A stretch of DNA of 34,629 nt from Schwartzia sp. (in: firmicutes). GTDB lineage: Bacteria > Bacillota > Negativicutes > Selenomonadales > Selenomonadaceae. Each line of letters starts with the position of its first letter. Within the stretch, counting starts at the first letter, position 1. The DNA lies in the NCBI GenBank assembly GCA_017619685.1, contig JAFZRW010000024.1, positions 1 to 34,629 on the forward strand, given 5' to 3'. Both the position numbers and the translations under genes were made by a program. Positions 1 through 5,374 of the stretch are shown piece after piece. The notes beneath the pieces are model-generated. The model worked only from the letters and a program-made list of their open reading frames with translations. It did not search any database and had not been told where the DNA came from.

Positions 1-490
1 GTGGATTGAAATATCCTCCGAATAGCCCGTATAATCGCTAATTTCACGGAACGTCGCCCTCCATGCGGAGGGCGTGGATTGAAATTTTTGTTCCTTGTCC
101 ATCATCAGCGCCCCCTCAGTCGCCCTCCATGCGGAGGGCGGGGTTTGAAATTAGGTTTTCTCGTCCGCATTATCATGCTATAGTATGTCGCCCTCCATGC
201 GGAGGGCGGGGATTGAAATAAAATGGCGAATTCTGCTTATGTGGCCCGTATATTGTCGCCCTCCATGCGGAGGGCGTGGATTGAAATCAGTTCGTGTTCG
301 AGGGAGCATTGTTCGCATTGAATGTCGTCCTCCACTTGGAGGGCGTGGGTTGAAATCGCATTAAACAGATGTGCGCGACACAGGCCGCACGGTCGCCCTC
401 CTCGCGAGGGCGTGGATGAAATACGAACAAGGTGGCAGTCATCGACGAGGAAATGCTGTCGCCCTCCGCAGGTCGGGCGTGGATTTTGGC
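1..490 (+). CRISPR. Type I-C-like CRISPR array, trailer-proximal end (continues left of the window)
   Basis: 33-nt repeat GTCGCCCTCCATGCGGAGGGCGTGGATTGAAAT at 53-85, 119-151, 187-219 and 255-287; 1-12 is the 3' end of another copy. Increasingly degenerate copies at 324-356, 392-422 and 458-490. Spacers are unique, 33-40 nt. The GC hairpin plus GTGGATTGAAAT tail matches the Cas5d-processed I-C repeat class (cf. B. halodurans GTCGCACTCTACATGAGTGCGTGGATTGAAAT). Confidence 0.95.
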
Positions 491-523
491 ATAAGAAAAG
501 CGCCTTGCAATCGCAAAGCGCTT
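491..523 (-). terminator. Intrinsic terminator of cassette 1, fused to terminal degenerate repeat R*
   Basis: 11-bp stem 498-508/513-523 (one mismatch, loop AATC). On the minus strand it is followed by TTTTCTTAT, which runs directly into the complement of repeat 458-490. Confidence 0.7.
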
Positions 524-542
524 CATATTGATTAGTTAATGA

Positions 543-749
543 TTAGGCTGTTGCAAATTGTCCCGTTACCGAAACGCCCTTTACATCTGACTTATCAACA
601 GATTCGGGTAAAAACTCTTTGTCCATCCACTCAAACAATTCTTTTTCTTCGCCTTTTGACAAGGCTGGCATTTCTTTTCCTGACGGAGGCATATTAGAAT
701 CATTAAACCAAACTTCAATTTCATTTTCATCGTGCATTGTGTTAATCAT
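543..749 (-). CDS. Small acidic protein (68 aa), putative immunity/antitoxin partner of the JAB-like protein
   Basis: AGGAGG SD (complement of 759-764) lies 9 nt before the ATG and beside the upstream stop codon (756-758), so the pair is translationally coupled. 15 D/E versus 6 K. AT-rich. No recognisable family. Confidence 0.7.
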   Translation of the reverse strand: MINTMHDENEIEVWFNDSNMPPSGKEMPALSKGEEKELFEWMDKEFLPESVDKSDVKGVSVTGQFATA

Positions 750-755
750 TCCTTG

Positions 756-1436
756 TCACCTCCTAATAAGTTTAATATACTTTTTCCGTTGCATAAAGTC
801 AACTATTTCCTTTGCAAGCAAATATTCGACTTGGTCTTTGTCAAAATTTGGATGGTCAGAAATAATTTTCCTTTTCGTCTTTTCAACCATAACATCAATA
901 TTATTAAATGGCTTTAATTTCTCCATCCGATATACAACGCCATTATGACAAAATATCGTCGAACCATCGGCTTTTGGACGGTTAAATAATCCGCACACAT
1001 CATCTGCTGACGGGATCGAGCTATTAGGATGATTGTGTACAATTTCAAAATATTTTCCGGTATCATTAAGGTGTTTCGTTTGTTTTGCAGTCAGCCCGCA
1101 TCTAAAAGTTTGTAAACCTTTTGCGGATTTATTTTCGACAATCAATTCTCCTGTACGGCTATCAAACATTGCAATATCTTCATATGGCGTTCCGTTTCTA
1201 TGAGCCAGAAAGTCAGCGGCCTTTTTATATAGTGATTCGTTGACGGCCTTGTGTCTAGTAATTTCTTCAAACTTATCATGATATGCTTTGCTATTTATTA
1301 CGGCGTAATCTACCGTAAAAGCATTATCAATACCGTTTTCTTTGACTAAGACGGCCTCGCTATGAACCATCGAAAGCGCATCCTCCTTTGATGCCATTAT
1401 ATCATTTCCCTCGAGTTCTTTCAATAACTCCTCCAT
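756..1436 (-). CDS. RadC-like JAB/MPN metalloprotease-domain protein (candidate Tox-JAB type toxin)
   Basis: YEDIAMFDSRTGELI ... FEIVHNHPNSSIPSADD matches the RadC/JAB signature (E ... HNHP..PSxxD). ATG 1436 has a GAGG SD; TTG 1463 (ORF track start) is the alternative start. The N-terminal EELLKELEGNDI segment is shared with the 1879-2322 ORF. Confidence 0.75.
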   Translation of the reverse strand: MEELLKELEGNDIMASKEDALSMVHSEAVLVKENGIDNAFTVDYAVINSKAYHDKFEEITRHKAVNESLYKKAADFLAHRNGTPYEDIAMFDSRTGELIVENKSAKGLQTFRCGLTAKQTKHLNDTGKYFEIVHNHPNSSIPSADDVCGLFNRPKADGSTIFCHNGVVYRMEKLKPFNNIDVMVEKTKRKIISDHPNFDKDQVEYLLAKEIVDFMQRKKYIKLIRR

Positions 1437-1481
1437 GTTCGCCTCGGACTCTTCCTCGCTCAACGACGGGGCGGCAAACGC
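1396..1481 (-). repeat. Conserved 5' module of cassette 1 (homologous to 2234-2326)
   Basis: Aligns by eye with 2234-2326 at roughly 75-80% identity (e.g. ATTATATCATTTCCCTCGA, TCTTCCTCGCTCAA). Covers about the first 14-23 codons of the JAB ORF (depending on the start used) plus upstream untranslated sequence. Confidence 0.8.
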
Positions 1482-1528
1482 AATAGCAATTCACAAGCTC
1501 GGTAGACCGAATGTAGTCATTGGTTTTC

Positions 1529-1561
1529 GTCGCCCTCCGCAGGTCGGGCGTGGATTTTTGC
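1529..1561 (+). CRISPR. Degenerate CRISPR repeat R*, second copy, between the two cassettes
   Basis: GTCGCCCTCCGCAGGTCGGGCGTGGATTTTTGC is 32/33 identical to 458-490 and 22/33 to the array consensus. Confidence 0.85.
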
Positions 1562-1596
1562 ATAAGAAAAGCACCTTGCATTTCGCAAAGTGCTTT
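1562..1596 (-). terminator. Intrinsic terminator of cassette 2, fused to R*
   Basis: 12-bp stem 1568-1579/1585-1596, then TTTTCTTATG on the minus strand. Homologous to 491-523, with a compensatory G:C to A:T change in the stem. Confidence 0.7.
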
Positions 1597-1618
1597 CGCG
1601 TGTCGATATGTGATTAGG

Positions 1619-1873
1619 TTATGCGTATGTCACTTGCGGTGCAATCTTCGGCGTTGCATATTTCGGCATAGATGGAGCTGCGTCCTTTACCAATTCCAAA
1701 TCTTCATCTGTACAATCGAATTCCGCCCAGTTCCCTCCATACGCGCCTTTTACCGTGCCGCTTTTGTTGTTTTCAACGATATACATGGTTTTACCGTTAA
1801 TAACGGTCTTATCAACTATTGTCCCAACTATCCCATTATGCTTGATTTTTACCACGTTGAACAAATCGAACAT
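1619..1873 (-). CDS. Small SH3-like protein (84 aa), DUF4926-like putative antitoxin/immunity
   Basis: ATG 1873 lies 5 nt after the upstream stop (1879-1881), with a GGGAG SD inside the end of the upstream ORF. FNVVKIKHNGIVGTIVDK...MYIVE resembles DUF4926 proteins (from memory, needs an HMM check). Confidence 0.65.
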   Translation of the reverse strand: MFDLFNVVKIKHNGIVGTIVDKTVINGKTMYIVENNKSGTVKGAYGGNWAEFDCTDEDLELVKDAAPSMPKYATPKIAPQVTYA

Positions 1874-1878
1874 TTGAA

Positions 1879-2322
1879 TCACTCCCTGTGCGCGGTAATA
1901 AAACGCGGCTTTTCTTCCGGCGTGTCCTTTTGCCATACGGTTCGGAAACGCCTCTGCTTGGTAACGCCTAAATTCATAAAGATACTGAATTTTTCTCTCC
2001 CATCGGGGAAAGACACCTTATCAAACGCAAAGCCAATGTCGAAATGTCTGTCAATATCACGATTCAACTTTTCAACATCGTCGACGGTATAGCCAACATC
2101 AAAAAACTCCTGTGCGTGCAATGCGCCCGGCTTCAAAAAAAAATCTTTTATCTTGGCTTCGGGCATGTTGTAATTATCCGATTCGAGCATCCTGATACCG
2201 CCGATCTGATTCTTTGAGGCTTTTCCTGTCTGTATTATATCATTTCCCTCGACTTCTTTCAAGATTTCCTCAATGCCTGCTCCGTTTCTTCCTCGCTCAA
2301 TGTCGGGACAAACGGGCGGCAT
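1879..2322 (-). CDS. DUF6883-like putative toxin (147 aa) with the shared N-terminal EEILKEVEGNDI segment
   Basis: KIKDFFLKPGALHAQEFFDVGYT...RFRTVWQKDTPEEKPRFITAH fits the DUF6883 pattern (K.xDYxL.P.H..G..KA.FF..G ... W ... PRLxTxY) that pairs with DUF4926. ATG 2322 is 4 nt from CRISPR repeat 2327-2358. Confidence 0.65.
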   Translation of the reverse strand: MPPVCPDIERGRNGAGIEEILKEVEGNDIIQTGKASKNQIGGIRMLESDNYNMPEAKIKDFFLKPGALHAQEFFDVGYTVDDVEKLNRDIDRHFDIGFAFDKVSFPDGREKFSIFMNLGVTKQRRFRTVWQKDTPEEKPRFITAHRE

Positions 2323-2326
2323 ACGC
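2234..2326 (-). repeat. Conserved 5' module of cassette 2 (homologous to 1396-1481)
   Basis: See 1396-1481. A 1-nt indel puts the shared TTGAGCGAGGAAGA in a different reading frame here. Confidence 0.8.
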
Positions 2327-2491
2327 GTCGCCCTCTTTACGGGGGCGTGGATCGAAATTGTGCTTGTGCGAGTGGAGTAATATATTCAATGTTGTCGCCC
2401 TCTTTGTGAGGGCGTGGATTGAAATGGGTTCAGATGTGTTGCGCGGAATTTCGTTTTAGGTCATTCTACGCAAACGGGCGTGGATTCTGGG
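2327..2491 (+). CRISPR. Three-repeat mini-array (variant repeats), no recognisable leader
   Basis: GTCGCCCTCTTTACGGGGGCGTGGATCGAAAT (2327-2358) and GTCGCCCTCTTTGTGAGGGCGTGGATTGAAAT (2394-2425), plus degenerate 2460-2491, which keeps GTC and GGGCGTGGATT. Spacers are 35 and 34 nt. Confidence 0.85.
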
Positions 2492-2507
2492 AATGAGAGT
2501 GTTGCAA

Positions 2508-2546
2508 AAAATTTTGGAGTCAAAAATTTTGACTCCAAAATTTTTT
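2508..2546. terminator. Perfect 18-bp hairpin, bidirectional terminator/insulator
   Basis: AAAATTTTGGAGTCAAAA-A-TTTTGACTCCAAAATTTT, flanked by an A-run on the left and a T-run on the right. Confidence 0.75.
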
Positions 2547-2585
2547 GTGGTAAAAACAGACAAGGAGAAATCATATATAAGACAA

Positions 2586-2677
2586 GGGCTTCGGGGATTG
2601 ACAGGAATTTTTGCAAGAACAGAATTGGAACTTTGCCGCCTGTCGTCGCCCTCCGCAGGTCGGGCGAGGCTTGAAGC
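2586..2677 (+). CRISPR. crRNA-like unit: 5'-handle-only repeat remnant, ~40-nt pseudo-spacer, third R* copy
   Basis: AGGGCTTCGGGGATTGACA (2585-2603) resembles the repeat 3' half GGGCGGGGATTGAAAT. 2645-2666 GTCGCCCTCCGCAGGTCGGGCG is identical to the first 22 nt of R*. Downstream, AATAAAAAGCGCC...CGCTTCA is a decayed copy of the R*-linked terminator. Confidence 0.45.
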
Positions 2678-2725
2678 CGAACGGCGGGAATAAAAAGCGC
2701 CCTCGTTGAAACGCTTCAAGAGGAA

Positions 2726-2766
2726 GTTTTTGTCTATCGACAAAAACTGAACAATAGCGTTATAAT
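2726..2766 (+). promoter_or_regulatory. Promoter of the EndoU gene with an overlapping palindromic operator
   Basis: TCGACA (2737-2742), 18 nt, TATAAT (2761-2766). The perfect inverted repeat GTTTTTGTC-TATC-GACAAAAAC (2726-2747) covers the -35. Confidence 0.5.
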
Positions 2767-2802
2767 AAACGCGGAAAATATGGAAGGAAAGGAACATCGC
2801 GT

Positions 2803-3417
2803 ATGAAAAATGTTTTTACGAAATTGATCGCCGTGTTTGCGGCGATGGTTTTTGTCGTCGCGGCGGCAGGCTGCGGAAGCAAGGGCGCGTCTTCCGGCGG
2901 CTCGGCGCAGACGGCGCAGACCGGTCAGCAAAAGCCGTCGCAGCAGGATAAGAAAAACGACGCCGCGAAGCCCGAGAAGAAGTCGAGCTATACGATGAGC
3001 GACGTCAAGAAGCTCAGGGACACGGACAATTTCTCGCGGCACGGACTCGAGCATATCTTCGACGGCACGGTCAACAAGAAGGGAAAAGCCACCGGCTATC
3101 ATTACTGCAAGGTTACGGACAGCAAAGGCCGCATCATTGACGGCAGCCGAAGCAAGAAGGACGGCAACGGCGTCTTTACCGCGAAGGTCGAAGTGGACGG
3201 CGTGAAGAAGGAAGGCTTCAGTTCCTTCTATCCCGAGGACTGGTCGCCGCAGGAAGTGGTGGACGCCATCAATACCGCTTACAAGGACGCGATGAACGAC
3301 CCGAAGAATCCGCACGGTTCGATCTGGATCGGGCATGCGGGCAAGCTGGAGATCAATATGTATCTGGACGACCACAAGAAGATCTTGACGGCCTATCCAA
3401 TCCATCGGGGGAAATGA
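2803..3417 (+). CDS. Lipoprotein with bacterial EndoU-like RNase toxin domain
   Basis: Signal peptide plus lipobox (VVAAAGC), a low-complexity linker, then HGLEHIFDG...KATGYHY ... ILTAYPI, which fits the EndoU_bacteria pattern (HIxxG...GGH...TAYP). Confidence 0.7.
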   Translation: MKNVFTKLIAVFAAMVFVVAAAGCGSKGASSGGSAQTAQTGQQKPSQQDKKNDAAKPEKKSSYTMSDVKKLRDTDNFSRHGLEHIFDGTVNKKGKATGYHYCKVTDSKGRIIDGSRSKKDGNGVFTAKVEVDGVKKEGFSSFYPEDWSPQEVVDAINTAYKDAMNDPKNPHGSIWIGHAGKLEINMYLDDHKKILTAYPIHRGK

Positions 3418-3420
3418 GTT

Positions 3421-3750
3421 ATGCTGAATTATAGAATCGACATCGAGGGAAAAGGGAATCCGCTGCCCATCGTGTATTTTGCAGATGAGGGATACGAGCT
3501 CGCGGCGACGTTCCTGCTGGCGGAGGCGAGGAATTTCGGCTCTGCGATCGTCGACGCGCTGGAGGCGGTGACGGGCGGTCAGAAGGATCACGGCTCCTTC
3601 GCCGGAAACGTGTTCAGCCTTGAGATCACGCCGGAAACGACTACGATCTGCGACGACATCTCGGGGAAGGAATGCGAGATAGGCACGCAGGATTTGCAGG
3701 AGGTTGCCGAGGAATACTGCGCGGCGTATGAGCGCCTGACGGGAAAATAA
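3421..3750 (+). CDS. Hypothetical protein (109 aa), putative cognate immunity protein of the EndoU toxin
   Basis: Starts 3 nt after the EndoU stop. Acidic, no signal peptide. The role is inferred from position only. Confidence 0.55.
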   Translation: MLNYRIDIEGKGNPLPIVYFADEGYELAATFLLAEARNFGSAIVDALEAVTGGQKDHGSFAGNVFSLEITPETTTICDDISGKECEIGTQDLQEVAEEYCAAYERLTGK

Positions 3751-3779
3751 AGAAATAAAATGGAAGGGAGACGGGCTGC

Positions 3780-4472
3780 GTGCGCGTGACGAAAAAGACG
3801 AAGGACGAGATGATCCGCATTTTGTCCGAGGTTTACGCGGATGCGAAGCCCGCGCTTCATTTCAGGAATCCGTTCGAGCTCCTGGTGGCGGTGATCTTGT
3901 CCGCGCAGTGCACCGACGAGCGCGTGAATATGGTCACGAAGCGATTGTTCGCGAAAGCGGCCACGGCGGAAGCGATTGTCAAGATGGGACTGTCACGGCT
4001 GGAAAAAGAGATTCACGAGTGCGGATTTTTCCACGCGAAGGCGAAAAATATCCTTGCGACCTGCGAGATATTGGCGCGGGATTACGGCGGGAAGGTGCCG
4101 GAGGATTTCGACACGCTGCTGGCTTTGCCCGGCGTCGGACGCAAGACGGCGAACGTCGTGACGAGCGTCGCGTTTCAACGTCCGGCGATTGCGGTGGACA
4201 CGCACGTCTTTCGTGTGGCGAACCGGCTGCGGCTCGCGGTGGGCGAGACGCCGGACGAAGTGGAGCAGGGTCTCAATAAGGCGATACCGAAGGAAAACTG
4301 GAGCGACGCGCACCACTGGCTGATATGGCACGGGCGGAAGGTTTGCAAGTCGCGCCGACCGCTTTGCGCGGATTGTCCACTGGCGAAGCTTTGCCCGTCT
4401 TTCGGTACGGACGGCGCGGACGAGAAGAAGGCAAACGGGAAAAGGAAACAAGTTGGAGGAAAGAAAGCGTGA
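3780..4472 (+). CDS. nth: Endonuclease III
   Basis: LVAVILSAQCTDERVN, HhH-GPD motif LPGVGRKTANVV, and a C-terminal CX6CX2CX5C Fe-S cluster loop. Confidence 0.95.
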   Translation: MRVTKKTKDEMIRILSEVYADAKPALHFRNPFELLVAVILSAQCTDERVNMVTKRLFAKAATAEAIVKMGLSRLEKEIHECGFFHAKAKNILATCEILARDYGGKVPEDFDTLLALPGVGRKTANVVTSVAFQRPAIAVDTHVFRVANRLRLAVGETPDEVEQGLNKAIPKENWSDAHHWLIWHGRKVCKSRRPLCADCPLAKLCPSFGTDGADEKKANGKRKQVGGKKA

Positions 4473-4921
4473 TTTATCGGAAGCCGACGTTTGACGACGT
4501 CGAGGCGATTTATCAGATGGTTTACGACTACGCGCAGGAGGGCGCGATGCTGGCGCGGTCCAGGAACGCGCTCTATGAGACGCTGCGCGATATGGTCGTG
4601 GCGGAGGAGGACGGCCGCATTGTCGGCGTCGGCGGGCTTCATTTCATCTGGGACAAGCTGGCCGAGGTGCGCACGATGGCGGTGGCGGCGGGTCATACGC
4701 GGCGCGGCGTCGGCGCGGAGATCGTGCGGCGGCTTCTCGAAGAGGGGAAGCAGCACGGCGTCACGCGCGTTTTTACGCTGACGTATCAGGTGGATTTTTT
4801 TACCGCGATGGGCTTTCAGAAGATCGCGAAAGAGGAACTGCCGCCGAAGGTGTGGAAAGACTGCATCGACTGTCCGAAGTTCCCGAACTGCGACGAGGTC
4901 GCGATGATTCTCGACGTATGA
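4469..4921 (+). CDS. GNAT family N-acetyltransferase (short ArgA/COG1246-like)
   Basis: GTG 4469 overlaps the nth stop, with a GGAGGA SD at 4455-4460. Acetyl-CoA motif RRGVGAEIVRRL and a C-terminal KVWKDCIDCPKFPNCDE. Confidence 0.85.
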   Translation: MIYRKPTFDDVEAIYQMVYDYAQEGAMLARSRNALYETLRDMVVAEEDGRIVGVGGLHFIWDKLAEVRTMAVAAGHTRRGVGAEIVRRLLEEGKQHGVTRVFTLTYQVDFFTAMGFQKIAKEELPPKVWKDCIDCPKFPNCDEVAMILDV

Positions 4922-4926
4922 TATTT

Positions 4927-4955
4927 CTTGACAATTTGATTCGCGGGTGCTATAT
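4927..4955 (+). promoter_or_regulatory. Sigma-70-type promoter of the T-box/aroF-tyrA operon
   Basis: TTGACA, 17 nt, TATATT. Confidence 0.6.
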
Positions 4956-4961
4956 TCTTTG

Positions 4962-5226
4962 CCATAAAGCGAAATGCGATGCGCGGGAGAAGTAATGGGC
5001 GGAGGCTTTCAGAGAGCTGCGGGGCGGTGCGACGCAGCAGTCGAAATCCATGAAATACACCCGCAAGCAGCAGGCTGAATCTTTCAGTAGGCCGCGCCGG
5101 ATTGCCTCCGTTATCATGGGCTAGGGCATAGACTTTTTCGTGCCCGAAAAGAGAGGCTTGTCTTTTGGCAAGCAGGGTGGTACCACGGGTGTATAGCTCG
5201 TCCCTGTAGAGGGACGGGCTTTTCTT
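4962..5226 (+). promoter_or_regulatory. T-box leader, probable tyrosine specifier (UAC)
   Basis: Stem I elements AGAGAG (5011-5016) and GGTGCGA. Specifier loop GAAA-UAC-A (UAC 5056-5058) lies just 5' of the closing helix. T-box sequence GGGTGGTACCACGG (5175-5188). Terminator stem 5195-5220 followed by TTTTCTT. Confidence 0.85.
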
Positions 5227-5374
5227 GTTACGAGAGCACTTAACGCGCGTAAGCGTGAGCGCAGCGCAAGTTTAGTGCGACGGATACCTGACCGCTTAAT
5301 GAAGCCGAGCCGAAGGCGAAAGCTGAATTTAGCGGGCATGGTATTACAAAGTATTGTTGAAAGGGGAATTTCAA

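Noticed and set aside
25-252. Two different spacers share GCCCGTATA (25-33 and 244-252)
   Set aside because: A 9-nt match is too short to interpret. It could reflect two spacers from related targets or chance. Not checkable without databases.
287-531. ORFs of 69-79 aa (287-526 minus, 322-531 plus) and similar ORFs at 1435-1617, 2456-2797, 2480-2693
   Set aside because: They run across CRISPR repeats, spacers and terminator hairpins. The repeated peptide strings (e.g. RRPPQVGRGF) are just translated repeats. Not genes.
1464-1528. The 47-nt segment between the cassette 1 5' module and R* (1482-1528) might be a spacer preceded by a decayed repeat
   Set aside because: The preceding sequence shares only GGGCG with the repeat, and no 5'-handle-like GGATTGAAAT is present. 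Evidence is insufficient.
2605-2800. Possibility that the pseudo-spacer 2605-2644 targets the EndoU promoter (CreTA-like repression in cis)
   Set aside because: I compared both strands of 2700-2800 by eye and found only a shared TTTTTG run. There was no seed-length match next to a TTC PAM. A target elsewhere (e.g. the cas promoter outside the window) remains possible and is listed as a check.
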